Part shown: piece by piece, positions 9,643 to 19,368 of the stretch
Layout of the letters: every line of letters begins with the position of its first letter
Numbering within the stretch: position 1 is the stretch's first letter
Made by a program: the position numbers and the translations under genes
Notes under the pieces: generated by a model
Told to the model about the DNA's origin: nothing
The model's database searches: none
What the model saw: only the letters and a program-made list of their open reading frames with translations
Source of the DNA: an uncultured delta proteobacterium
GTDB taxonomy: Bacteria; Chloroflexota; Dehalococcoidia; Dehalococcoidales; BS750m-G39
Reading direction: 5' to 3'
Length of the DNA stretch: 64,000 nucleotides
Assembly (NCBI GenBank): GCA_963739245.1
Contig: CAVTZP010000007.1
Coordinates: 119,845 to 183,844 of the forward strand

Positions 9643-10308
9643 TTAAGACAGTTCCTCCAGTGTAAGCCAGCCTTTTCTTAAGCCGTGTAGCACTGCCTCA
9701 GTGCGGGAGCCGACTCCCAGCTTATTGAAGATACTCCTCAGGTTACCTTCAACCGTGCGCCGGCTGAGGTGAAGCTTATCCGCGATTTCCTTATTGGTCA
9801 TGCCCCTCGCTGCCAGCTTGATGATGTCTATCTCGCGGTCGCTGAGGTGCTCGGAGGGCTTTGCCGCCCGGCGAATCTTATCGGGGAACCTAAAGCGATT
9901 TATAACCTTGCGGGTAATCATAGGATCAAGCACCGGCTCACCCTTATGGACCGCCCGAATAGCCCTGGTCAGCTCATCGCCACTGGCAGTCTTTAGCAGA
10001 TAACCAGCCGCCCCGGCCTCCAGCAGTCCAAAAACATACTCATCATCATCGTAAGCACTTAGTATCAGCACCGCAGTAGACGGGCGAATCAGCTTAATCT
10101 GCCTTGTCGCCTCAATCCCATTAAGCTTAGGCATGGCGACATCCATGATGACCACATCCGGTTGTAGGTCAGCGACCATCTGCACCGCTTCCTCACCATC
10201 GCTAGCCTCACCTATTACCGTAAAGTTGCCCTCATCCTCTAAGAGTTTGCAGATACCCTGCCGGGTTATGGGATGGTCTTCAGCCACGAGAACCTTCATA
10301 ACGCTCAT
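9643..10308 (-). CDS. response regulator, NarL/LuxR family
   Basis: Receiver domain (KVLVAEDHP...DVVIMDVAMPKLNG) followed by a LuxR HTH (LSDREIDIIKLAARGMTNKEIADKLHLSRRTVEGNLRSIFNKLGV). Confidence 0.85.
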   Translation of the reverse strand: MSVMKVLVAEDHPITRQGICKLLEDEGNFTVIGEASDGEEAVQMVADLQPDVVIMDVAMPKLNGIEATRQIKLIRPSTAVLILSAYDDDEYVFGLLEAGAAGYLLKTASGDELTRAIRAVHKGEPVLDPMITRKVINRFRFPDKIRRAAKPSEHLSDREIDIIKLAARGMTNKEIADKLHLSRRTVEGNLRSIFNKLGVGSRTEAVLHGLRKGWLTLEELS

Positions 10309-10497
10309 AAATTCACCTTCCCCGCACTATTATACCTGAATGCAATATCAGCCTCAAGCGTAAAAATACCTAAGGCGATATACCTGCCCAATTAAATTTA
10401 ATAGGTGAAATTTGTAACAAAAGCGGGGGTAATAACCGATGGCGGGGGGCTTGAAAGATAGTATTCTAAAGTTGGTAATTAAACCAGGAGGTTAACC

Positions 10498-10995
10498 GTG
10501 GATCTTGTTCTTGATTTCCCCAAAGTGAGAGCTATCGTCGAGAGCTATTCGGAGAAGGTCGATTCTCTCATTGACAGCTACACCGATAAGAAGGAACAAC
10601 TAATATCTTTACTGCAGGATGTTGAGGCTGAGTTTAATTACCTTCCACAGGATGTTCTGGTAAGGATCAGCCAGAAACTGGATATTCCCATAAGCCAGGT
10701 TTTCAGTGTGGCCACCTTCTTCCGAGCCTTTAGTTTAAAGCCGAGAGGACGCCATATAGTAACTGTTTGCCTTGGCACTGCCTGTCATGTAAGAGCCGCC
10801 CACAGACTAGTCGACAAGCTGGAGAGGGACTACGCATTAAAACCTGGTGAAACCACCGAGGATATGAGATTCACCCTGGAAACGGTTAACTGCCTAGGTT
10901 GTTGTGCTCTTGGTCCGGTGGTAGTTATAGATGGGGAATATGAAAGTCAGATGAACCCGGAAAAGCTTGACCGCGTTCTAAATAGATATAAGTAA
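10498..10995 (+). CDS. NuoE/HoxE-like [2Fe-2S] thioredoxin-fold subunit
   Basis: GTG start after AGGAGG. LISLLQDVEAEFNYLPQ and the VCLGTACHV...CLGCCALGPVVVIDGE cysteine pattern are those of the NuoE/HydC family. Confidence 0.75.
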   Translation: MDLVLDFPKVRAIVESYSEKVDSLIDSYTDKKEQLISLLQDVEAEFNYLPQDVLVRISQKLDIPISQVFSVATFFRAFSLKPRGRHIVTVCLGTACHVRAAHRLVDKLERDYALKPGETTEDMRFTLETVNCLGCCALGPVVVIDGEYESQMNPEKLDRVLNRYK

Positions 10996-11013
10996 ATGGT
11001 AAAGGAGCATAGC

Positions 11014-12888
11014 ATGGGAGAGCTATCCCAGAAGCTAGTGCAAATCAAGAGCCCGGCTGAACTGGAGAACCTGCGCCAATCAATACTTAGCCAAAGGGAC
11101 ACCAGCCGAATCTGTATATCGGTATGCGGTGGTACTGGTTGCCTCGCCTCCGGGGCTGAGGCGGTCGTTGACGCTTTTATAGATGAAATCGAAAGACGAG
11201 AGCTCCAGATAACTGTGGAACTAAAGCAAACAGGCTGTCATGGTTTCTGCGAACAAGGGCCGGTGGTGGTCATCCGACCAAAGAAGGTCTTCTATCGGCG
11301 GGTTAAGCCGGAGGATGTCCCAGAGATAATCGAGGAAACTGTGCTCCATGGCAACGTCATTGAACGTTTGCTCTATGTGGACCCGGTAACAAGTGAGAAA
11401 ATCGTCCACGAAGCTGATGTTCCATTCTATAAGAGACAAACCCGGACTATTTTTGGCGCCAACGGGGAAATTGACCCCACCGAGATTAACGATTATATCG
11501 CTAAGGGCGGTTATTCAGCTTTGAGCAAGGCACTCCTCCAGATGTCTTCCCAAGAAATCATTGAGGAGATAAAAAGGTCTGGCCTGCGGGGCAGGGGTGG
11601 CGGTGGCTTCCCTACGGGCAGAAAGTGGGAGTCCTGCTATCATGTTCAAAGTGATAATAAATATGTGATTTGTAACGCCGATGAGGGCGACCCTGGCGCT
11701 TATCAGGATAGAAGCCTTCTTGAAGGCAACCCCCACAGCGTCCTGGAAGGGATGATTATCGGCGCTTATGCTATTGGTTCTCATCAGGGCTATATCTACG
11801 TCCGCAACGAATACCCTTTAGCCGTAAGGCACGCCCGGATAGCCATTGAACAGGCGATGGATTACGGGTTGCTGGGAGAAGACATTCTAGGTTCTGGCTT
11901 TGATTTCACGGTAACGATAAACAAAGGAGGCGGTGCCTTTGTCTGTGGCGAGTCCAGCGCCCTAATGGCCTCCCTTGAGGGGAAGATAGGAGAACCAAGA
12001 GCAAAGTATACCCACATGGCGGAGAAAGGCCTATGGGATAGCCCTAGCCTGTTAAATAATGTCAAGACCTGGGCCAATGTACCGATGATAATCAATAAAG
12101 GGGCGGACTGGTATTCCCAGATTGGAACCGCTGGCAGCAAGGGGACGATGATATTCTCTCTAGTGGGGAAGATAAATAACACCGGCCTGGTGGAAGTGCC
12201 CATGGGGATAACCCTGAGAGAGATGATTTATGACATCGGGGGAGGAATCCCTAAGGGCAAGAAGTTTAAGGCAGTGCAAACCGGCGGTCCCTCTGGCGGT
12301 TGCATCCCCGAGCAACACCTTGATACACCGGTGGATTTTGATGAACTCACCAAGCTTGGCTCAATGATGGGCTCCGGGGGCATGATAATAATGGACGAGG
12401 ACACCTGCATGGTTGATGTCGCCAAGTACTTTATTGAATTTCTCAAGGGGGAGTCGTGCGGCAAATGCGTCCCCTGCCGAGAAGGACTAACCAGGATGAG
12501 CGAAGTCCTGGACAGAATCACTCGAGGAAAGGGCAAGCGAGAAGACATCAATATACTGGAGGACTTGGCTGGAGTTCTCAGCAGTGGTGCCCTGTGCGCC
12601 TTGGGTCAAACCGCCGCCAATCCGACCCTGACCACTCTCCGCTACTTTGGGGATGAGTATATCGCTCACATCGATGAGAAAAGATGCCCGGCCGGTGTTT
12701 GTCGAGAGTTGATCCGTTATTCTATTGACCCCGAGAAGTGCGAAGGCTGTCTCAGATGCCTGAGGGCATGTCCCACAAGTGCCATTATCGGGGAGAAAAG
12801 AAAGCCCCACACGCTTAACCAGGGGATGTGTATCAAGTGTGGTGCCTGCTATGACGTTTGTAAGTTTGGTGCGGTAATAAAACGGTGA
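11014..12888 (+). CDS. NuoF/HydB/HndC-like NAD(P)H-binding flavoprotein subunit with N-terminal [2Fe-2S] and C-terminal 2x[4Fe-4S] domains
   Basis: GLRGRGGGGFPTGRKW (FMN/NADH site), ESCGKCVPCREG (N3 cluster), and C-terminal CEGCLRCLRACP / CIKCGACYDVC. ATG 11014 follows AAGGAG; the ORF track start at 10996 is also possible. Confidence 0.8.
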   Translation: MGELSQKLVQIKSPAELENLRQSILSQRDTSRICISVCGGTGCLASGAEAVVDAFIDEIERRELQITVELKQTGCHGFCEQGPVVVIRPKKVFYRRVKPEDVPEIIEETVLHGNVIERLLYVDPVTSEKIVHEADVPFYKRQTRTIFGANGEIDPTEINDYIAKGGYSALSKALLQMSSQEIIEEIKRSGLRGRGGGGFPTGRKWESCYHVQSDNKYVICNADEGDPGAYQDRSLLEGNPHSVLEGMIIGAYAIGSHQGYIYVRNEYPLAVRHARIAIEQAMDYGLLGEDILGSGFDFTVTINKGGGAFVCGESSALMASLEGKIGEPRAKYTHMAEKGLWDSPSLLNNVKTWANVPMIINKGADWYSQIGTAGSKGTMIFSLVGKINNTGLVEVPMGITLREMIYDIGGGIPKGKKFKAVQTGGPSGGCIPEQHLDTPVDFDELTKLGSMMGSGGMIIMDEDTCMVDVAKYFIEFLKGESCGKCVPCREGLTRMSEVLDRITRGKGKREDINILEDLAGVLSSGALCALGQTAANPTLTTLRYFGDEYIAHIDEKRCPAGVCRELIRYSIDPEKCEGCLRCLRACPTSAIIGEKRKPHTLNQGMCIKCGACYDVCKFGAVIKR

Positions 12889-12900
12889 AAGGAGTAACCA

Positions 12901-13617
12901 GTGGCGAGATATTGGATTAATGGTGAAAAATGGGTCGACGTGAAGGAGGCTGAAGGGGTTAACGCCGTCCACCTTACCGTCGACGATAAGGAGATCGCAG
13001 TATCGAGTGGTCAGACGATCCTAGAGGCTGTGGCGCGCATGCCTGGAATCGGAAATATCCCAGCTCTTTGCTATCATCCCGCAGTTAAACCCTACGGGGC
13101 TTGCCGGATATGCACCGTTGAGGTAAGCGAGGACGGAAGCTCCAAGTTTAAGTTTGTCGCTGCCTGCCTTTACCCGGTGAAAGAGGGTCTGGTGGTAAAG
13201 ACAAACACGGAAAGGGTAAGGAAGCTGCGTAAAGGGATAATCGAGCTCCTCCTAGCCAGATGCCCCAACGTAAAGAAGATACAGGAATTGGCTGAGGAAT
13301 ATGGAATTGAGAAGCCGAGGTTTGTTCTGGGGGACCAAGACTGTATCCTCTGCGGCTTGTGTGTCAGGGCCTGTCAAGAGATAATAGGCAAGTCGGCGAT
13401 AAGTCTGGTTAACCGAGGTATCTATAGGCAGGTTGCTGCTCCCTTCTACGCCTATGAGCTAAGTGAGGAGTGCATTGGCTGTGGGGACTGTGCCTTCGTT
13501 TGTCCTACTGGTGCTATCGAGATGGGACCCGATGGGAAACCTATGCTTCCCAAGGTAAAGATACCCTATGCCGAGATTAAAGCTATGATGCAAAGGGAAA
13601 CAGTAACTACCCCCTAA
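12901..13617 (+). CDS. NuoG/HydA N-terminal-like FeS protein ([2Fe-2S] plus [4Fe-4S] clusters) with no catalytic domain
   Basis: 238 aa. CYHPAVKPYGACRICTVEV is a plant-type 2Fe-2S motif as in the NuoG N-terminus. CILCGLCVRACQE and CIGCGDCAFVCPTGAI are 4Fe-4S motifs. The ORF stops where hydrogenase, formate dehydrogenase or NuoG catalytic domains would begin. Confidence 0.7.
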   Translation: MARYWINGEKWVDVKEAEGVNAVHLTVDDKEIAVSSGQTILEAVARMPGIGNIPALCYHPAVKPYGACRICTVEVSEDGSSKFKFVAACLYPVKEGLVVKTNTERVRKLRKGIIELLLARCPNVKKIQELAEEYGIEKPRFVLGDQDCILCGLCVRACQEIIGKSAISLVNRGIYRQVAAPFYAYELSEECIGCGDCAFVCPTGAIEMGPDGKPMLPKVKIPYAEIKAMMQRETVTTP

Positions 13618-13628
13618 AAGGACAATAT

Positions 13629-14069
13629 TTACATAGCAGCTATGGTAAACCAGAGCCAAGCAACTAAGATACCTAATACCGCTCCGACAATGACTTGAAA
13701 GGGCGTATGTCCGATGAGCTCCCATAGCTCACGCTCCAATACAGCTTCAGGACGCCGGGACCTGATTTCCTGAACAATACGATTTAGAACAACAGATTGT
13801 TTGCCCACCGAACGCCGCACACCAGTGGCATCATACATAACGATTAGAGCCAGGATAACGGCAATGGCAAAGGTTACTGACTCAAAACCCTGGACCATAG
13901 CGACCGATGTGGCCAAGGCACTGACTGTCGCCGAATGCACACTAGGCATACCACCACCAGTAGTAAAATAGCGCAAATCGACTCGCTTCCTTCGTATTAG
14001 CGCAATCAGTATCTTCGTCGCCTGTGCCACTGCCCAGGCACAAATAGAAACTAACAATACCTTGCTCAT
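13629..14069 (-). CDS. divergent PAP2-family membrane protein (DUF212)
   Basis: From ATG 14069: MSKVLLVSICAWAVAQATKILI...GGMPSVHSATVSALATSV...MYDATGVRR, typical DUF212 motifs. Confidence 0.7.
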   Translation of the reverse strand: MSKVLLVSICAWAVAQATKILIALIRRKRVDLRYFTTGGGMPSVHSATVSALATSVAMVQGFESVTFAIAVILALIVMYDATGVRRSVGKQSVVLNRIVQEIRSRRPEAVLERELWELIGHTPFQVIVGAVLGILVAWLWFTIAAM

Positions 14070-14154
14070 AATTATTTCACACCGTCCCCGCAATATTACT
14101 TGTTATAACAGAGGGTTGACAAATAGTACACAAACGCAAAAAGTTAGCACTTCA

Positions 14155-14229
<75 letters not shown>

Positions 14230-14287
14230 CAAAATCACAACTATTTTAGTCCAAAAATCCCAAGCTGTAAAGGAACAATATTATGCT

Positions 14288-15328
14288 TCAGGCTGGCATC
14301 TTCAAGACCTTAGACCCCCGGATTTTCCCACTTTTTAACTCCACTAGGGCTTTGTTGGCTTCTTCCAGCCTGAATTCTTGAATCTCAGGCTCAATTTGCA
14401 TCCGGGCGGCCAAAGCCAGAAACTCCTCCGCATCTTTTCTGGTCACATTGGCGACCGTTTTTATTTCCTTTTCCAGCCAGAGATGCTCGGGATAGTCCAG
14501 CTTCAGCAGGAATTCTTTGTCTGCCTCCTCTTTCCTGATGAGATTGATGACCAGCCTTCCCCCTTTTCCAGGTTCTCCAGAGCTTAGACGACCGGTTTCC
14601 AGGCAGGGGTGGTATCAATGGCACAATCCAGCTTTTCGGGAGTCTTGTCGTCAATATCACCTACCCAGTCAGCGCCTAATCTCTTGGCCAGTTCTCTTTC
14701 CGCCGGATTTCGGCTGATAACAAACTTTTTGGAATTGGGGAACTGATAATTTGCCATCTGGATTACCAGATGGTGGGCAGACCCAAAGCCATAAAGCCCC
14801 AGGGTCTTGCCATCCTCCATTCCGGTAAGCTTTAAGGAGCGATACCCGACTACTCCCGAGCACATCAGCGGGGCCGCCTTGGTCAGGTCGGTAAATCTTC
14901 GGGGAATTTTATAGGCGAAGTCCTCGGAAATTACCATATACTCGGCATAACCCCCATCAGCGTGGCAGCCAGTCCCCTTGAAATTGGTCGCACAGGTTTT
15001 CCTCCCCCTCCGGCAAAACTTGCATTGTCCGCAGCTGGAATATATCCAGGCGGCTCCAACCCGATCCCCAATTTTGAATTTGGTTACCTCTGACCCCAGA
15101 GCCGTCAATTATCCCTACCGGCTGATGTCCCGGAATTACCGGTAATTTCGGCGGCGCAATTCTGCCTTCTATCTGGTCAAGCTCGGTACGGCAAACACCG
15201 CAGGCTAAAACCTTAATCAGAATCTCTTTCGGTCCGGGCTTAGGAACTGGCAAATCAACCAGTTCCAGTGGCTTCGCCCCTCCCTCAACCTTAATCTCGC
15301 AAATTTCCTTCAGCACCATTGCCTTCAT
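14288..15328 (-). pseudogene. zinc-dependent alcohol dehydrogenase (MDR family), disrupted by two frameshifts and one in-frame stop
   Basis: N-terminus is MKAMVLKE...ACGVCRTELDQIEGRIAPPKLPVIPGHQPVG (ORF 14957-15328). The middle part, TALGSEVTKFKIGDRVGAAWIYSSCGQCKFC...GLYGFGSAHH, is in another frame (14584-15108). A TAA at 14584-14586 interrupts ...AWKPVV*ALENLEKG. The C-terminus, GRLVINLIRKEEADKEF...KSGKIRGSKVLKMPA*, is readable only after a shift at the C5/G5 run at 14559-14563. Confidence 0.75.
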
Positions 15329-15398
15329 TTTTCAGCTCCTCTCAAAGCCTTTCCCTCCCGCTTCGCTGGCGCTTAGATATAGCCACCGGTGGCAAGAA

Positions 15399-15624
15399 TC
15401 AGTAGCCGAAGCCCGTCTCTTTCCTCAGTTCGGCTTCATCAATATAAGCGATGAGCCCGCGAAGAAACGGAGTAGATGCCTCACTGTAAAGCCACTCGCC
15501 GAACTGAAAGCCTTCCCTTTCCAGCCGGTCAGCGCTCAGCCCGGCGTTTCCTCAAGGATAAGACGCATCTGCCGCCCGCATGGCTACTGGCTATTCTATA
15601 CCTGATTTCCTTTTCCTGTTCCAT
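15399..15624 (-). pseudogene. small hypothetical gene, apparently frameshifted
   Basis: MEQEKEIRYRIASSHAGGR... terminates early. A downstream frame reads LSADRLEREGFQFGEWLYSEASTPFLRGLIAYIDEAELRKETGFGY*. No family was recognised. Confidence 0.25.
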
Positions 15625-15740
15625 CAAGACACCTAGAATAAAGCCTTTATATTAGTTTATCACAGAGGCATGCAAGCAATAAACAAGCAAATAAGAGGTT
15701 TTGCCCTTCCCGGCCGTGCTAAAATCGTCAAGGAAATTTC

Positions 15741-16021
15741 ATGCGCAAAACTAGGCGCCGCGCCACACTAACCAACGAGATACGTCTCCGCCGGCTGACT
15801 GTGGATGAGGCGCTGCTCAAGCTTGACCGGTACCTGAACGACGCCTTTGTGGCCGGGCTATCGCCAGGTAAGCGTAATCCACGGCAAGGGACTGGGACCC
15901 TGCGCCAGGCAGTCCGCGAGCAGCTTGCCAACATCCCCTGGTCAAATCCCATCGTCCGGGCGGTTACGGCGAGGGAGATAACGGGGTTACCATCGTCGAA
16001 CTGTCCCAAGAAGAGCATTGA
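15741..16021 (+). pseudogene. Smr domain protein, about three frameshifts in 280 bp
   Basis: Frame 1 reads LRRLTVDEALLKLDRYLNDAFVAGLS, frame 2 reads QVSVIHGKG, frame 1 again reads TGTLRQAVREQLAN, and frame 3 reads HPLVKSHRPGGYGEGDNGVTIVELSQEEH*. Together they rebuild a canonical Smr domain. The ORF track version runs on into tRNA-His. Confidence 0.7.
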
Positions 16022-16058
16022 AAGGGAGTGGTTTTTAGCTATAATACTATACTGCCGT

Positions 16059-16136
16059 GGTGAGTGTCGCCTAGTGGTTTAAGGCGCCAGGTTGTGGCCC
16101 TGGAGAACGAGGGTTCGAATCCCTCCACTCACCCCA
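16059..16136 (+). tRNA. tRNA-His (anticodon GTG) with encoded G-1 and CCA
   Basis: G-GTGAGTG-TC-GCCT-AGTGGTTTA-AGGC-G-CCAGG-TTGTGGC-CCTGG-AGAAC-GAGGG-TTCGAAT-CCCTC-CACTCAC-C-CCA. The extra 5-prime G opposite discriminator C is the tRNA-His hallmark. Confidence 0.9.
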
Positions 16137-16213
16137 ATATTTCCCCTGAATATAACCCGCCATGAGTGATGCCCATTCCCTATCGCTAGTTTATAATTGA
16201 AGATGGCTTATGC

Positions 16214-16289
16214 GCGCCTATAGCTCAGCGGATAGAGCATCGGTCTTCGGAACCGAGGGTCGTGGGTTCGAATCCCTCTAGGCGCGCCA
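16214..16289 (+). tRNA. tRNA-Arg (anticodon TCG), CCA encoded
   Basis: GCGCCTA-TA-GCTC-AGCGGATA-GAGC-A-TCGGT-CTTCGGA-ACCGA-GGGTC-GTGGG-TTCGAAT-CCCTC-TAGGCGC-G-CCA. There is one T:T mismatch in the T-stem. Confidence 0.85.
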
Positions 16290-16296
16290 CCTTGCA

Positions 16297-16344
<48 letters not shown>

Positions 16345-16346
16345 TC

Positions 16347-16718
16347 TCATTCCTTTTCAATTTGATCTAATCGGGCGTCGCTAATGCCAAAATGATGGGC
16401 AATTTCATGCTTAACCACCCTGGCTATTTCTGCGGCTATCTCGGTGCCACGTTGGCTACATTCCGCTTCAATTGGCTTCTGAAATATGGTTATCTTATCT
16501 GGCGGTACCAGCCCATAGCCTTGCCCTCGTTTTGTCAAGGGTACACCCTCATAGAGACCAAGCAGCATCTGACCATGCCTCAGCCCTGCCTGACGTAATT
16601 GGTCAACAGTCGGCCAATCTTGCACCACTATATCAATATTCTCCAGCTTAGCGGTGAATTCATCAGGCAAAACGCCAACTGCCGTTGAAACGAGCTGCTC
16701 AAATTCTGCCCTATTCAT
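16347..16718 (-). CDS. small zinc metallopeptidase-like protein (Zincin_1/DUF1025 type)
   Basis: 123 aa ending ...VKHEIAHHFGISDARLDQIEKE (HExxH). The N-terminus MNRAEFEQLV...LENIDIVVQDWP is typical of this family. Confidence 0.65.
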   Translation of the reverse strand: MNRAEFEQLVSTAVGVLPDEFTAKLENIDIVVQDWPTVDQLRQAGLRHGQMLLGLYEGVPLTKRGQGYGLVPPDKITIFQKPIEAECSQRGTEIAAEIARVVKHEIAHHFGISDARLDQIEKE

Positions 16719-16730
16719 AGCTCAGCAGGG

Positions 16731-17999
16731 CTAGGGATATACCCCCCACACCCCATCCCCATCAAGCTCCATCAGCTTTACCGGTAATAGCTTATTGGTT
16801 AAATCCTCATCGCTTTTAGTATATACCCTTATATAGTTATCGGTAAGACCAGACCAGACGCCATCAGACTGCTTTTCCCACAATACCGTCATGGTCTTAC
16901 CCAAGAATTTCTGCCTGAAGTTCTGAGCGCTCTCTCTGGCTAAAGCCAGCATCCTCTGGCTTCGTTCTCGCTTGACCCTATCCCCCACCTGGTCTGGCAT
17001 CCGGGCGGCCTGAGTCCCCTGGCGCGGCGAGTAGGGAAAGACATGAATCCGGGCAAACTCCATCTGCCGGCAAAGCTCATAGCTCTCTTCAAACTCCGCC
17101 TCAGTCTCACCGGGGAAGCCAACAATAATATCGGTGGTGATAGCCACCTCAGGCACCATATCCCTGATTAAGGCTACTGCCTGCTGATAGTCGCCGACGG
17201 TATAGCCCCGCCTCATCCGGCTGAGCACGCCGTCGCTGCCGCTCTGTAGTGAGAGGTGAAAATGCCGGCACAGCCTCTCGTCACGCCACAGCCCGATAAG
17301 CTCAGGGGATATCTCCCTGGGCTGGAGGGAGGAAAGCCTTAACCTCTCTACATCAGTCTCGGCCAGGATACGCTGCAGCAGCCCCCTCAGATTAACCCCA
17401 TCATGGTTATATGAGCCAATCTTGGTCCCGGTCAGCACCACCTCTTTATAGCCGTCAGCCACCCTGTGCCTGACCTCGCCAACAACCTGGTCAACGGGGA
17501 TGCTTTTCTCCCTGCCCCGCACCAGGGGCACAATGCAATAGGAGCAAAAGCTATTGCAACCATCCTGAACCTTAATAAAGGCGCGAGTCCGGAAATCGGC
17601 TGTAGCTGAATCCTCCCTGACTATAGGTGGGGCGGCTCAGATACCCCGACTCCTCCAGCAGCCATACTAGATTTGATTTTTCACTGTTGCCCAGGACAAG
17701 GTCAACCCCTTCAATCTGAGCCAGCTCCTGAGGGGCCCGCTCCGCATAGCAGCCGATAGCCACTACCACAGCGTCAGGGTTCCGGCGATGAGCCAGTCTG
17801 AGCCGGTGGCGGCATTTGCGGTCGGCAACATGGGTAACCGTGCAGGTATTGAGTATATAGACATCAGCCTCATCATCCGGGGATACCAGCCTATACCCCG
17901 CCTGGGCAAACTGCCGGGCTAAAAGCTGGGTCTCCGCTTGATTGAGCTTACAGCCACAGTGTCTAAGGCAACCCTTGGAATTTCTAAGTTTCTAGTCAT
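16731..17999 (-). pseudogene. mtaB: MiaB-like tRNA methylthiotransferase (MtaB type), two frameshifts
   Basis: MTRNLEIPRVALDT shifts to CGCKLNQAETQLLARQFAQAGYRLV...VVAIGCYAE...LLEESG. A second shift leads to IVREDSATADFRTRAFIKVQDGCNSFCSYCIVPLVRGREKS (radical SAM CxxxCxxC), and a TRAM-like C-terminus follows. Confidence 0.75.
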
Positions 18000-18114
18000 A
18001 GTGCACAAAGTATTATATTTTTAATATTCTCCACCGGTCAAATAAAAGCCGTCCTTGCAGATAATCGAAATTATGGTAAAAATATCTAACTAAAGTTTAC
18101 TTGGCTAGAATGTT

Positions 18115-19366
18115 ATGTCAAATTTAAATAATAGAGTAGTGGTTACCGGCATTGGTATTCTGTCACCACTTGGTCTGGACGTCCGCTACCATTGGGAAGG
18201 TCTTATTGCCGGCAAGTCTGGCATTGACTATATTACCCTGTTTGACCCCGAGCTATTTGAGACCAAGATTGCTGGTGAGGTAAAGGGATTTGAGCCTACC
18301 GACTACATCAACCGCAAGGATGCCCGCCGCATGGACCGCTTTGCTCAACTGGCAGTAGCTGCCAGCCTGCAGGCGGTGGAGCAGTCGGGAATTAAAATCA
18401 ACTCCAATAACCAGGATAATATCGGCATCATAATTGGCAGTGGCATTGGCGGTCTAACTACCCTATTTGAACAAACCAAAGTGCTAATGGAGAAGGGGCC
18501 GGACAGGGTAAGCCCGTTCCTGGCACCGATGATGATGGCTGATATGGCTGCCGCCCAGGTATCAATTGCGCTGGGGGCTAAAGGGCCGAATCTCTGCACC
18601 ACATCAGCCTGCTCCAGCGGCTCCGATGCTATCGGCGTTGCTTATGAAATTATCAAGCGTGGCGATGCCCAGGTAATGATAGCCGGCGGCAGCGAGGCAA
18701 TAATCAACCCGATAGGTATCACCGCTTTCAATGCCATGAAAGCCATCTCACCCGAAATAGTGAGCCGCAACTGGCCTCCCGCCCCTTTGATGCCGAACGT
18801 GATGGCTTTGTCATCGGCGAGGGGGCCGGCTCCTTATCCTGGAAAGCCTTGCCTTTGCCCAAACGCGAGGGGCTAACATCCTGGCTGAAATTATCGGCTA
18901 CGGGGCCACCGGCGATGCCTATCACATCACCCAGCCAGTTGAGAATGGGGAGGGTGCTGCCAGGGCCATGCAGATGGCACTGGATAAAGCCGGGGTCGCG
19001 CCCACCGAAATTGATTATATCAATGCCCACGGCACATCCACACCGCTAAATGACAAAATGGAGACCATGGCCATAAAGACGGTATTCGGCGACTATGCCT
19101 ACAAAATTCCGATAAGCTCCACCAAGTCAATGATGGGGCATCTTATCGGGGGTGCCGGTGCCGTTGAGGCAGCAATAGGCATTATGGTCATCCAGCACGG
19201 GATAATACCGCCGACGATAAACCTTACCCACCCCGACCCCGAATGTGATTTGGATTATGTGCCCAACGTCGCCCGCCAGGCTAAGGTTACCACCGCCCTG
19301 TCCAACTCCTTTGGCTTTGGCGGTCATAATTCGGTCCTGGTCTTCCGAAAATATTCTGAGGCATAA
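18115..19366 (+). pseudogene. fabF: 3-oxoacyl-[ACP] synthase II, at least two frameshifts
   Basis: N-terminus is NRVVVTGIGILSPLG...LCTTSACSSGSDAIG (active-site Cys). C-terminus is [16 protein letters not shown]...[19 protein letters not shown]...[14 protein letters not shown]. The segment 18740-18970 is only readable by switching frames ([19 protein letters not shown] in another frame). Confidence 0.8.
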
Positions 19367-19368
19367 GC

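Noticed and set aside
16261-16275. T:T mismatch in the T-stem of tRNA-Arg as a sign of a tRNA pseudogene
   Set aside because: All other cloverleaf elements, the TTCGAAT loop and the CCA are intact. A single mismatch is tolerable, and the tRNA lies in the error-prone block.
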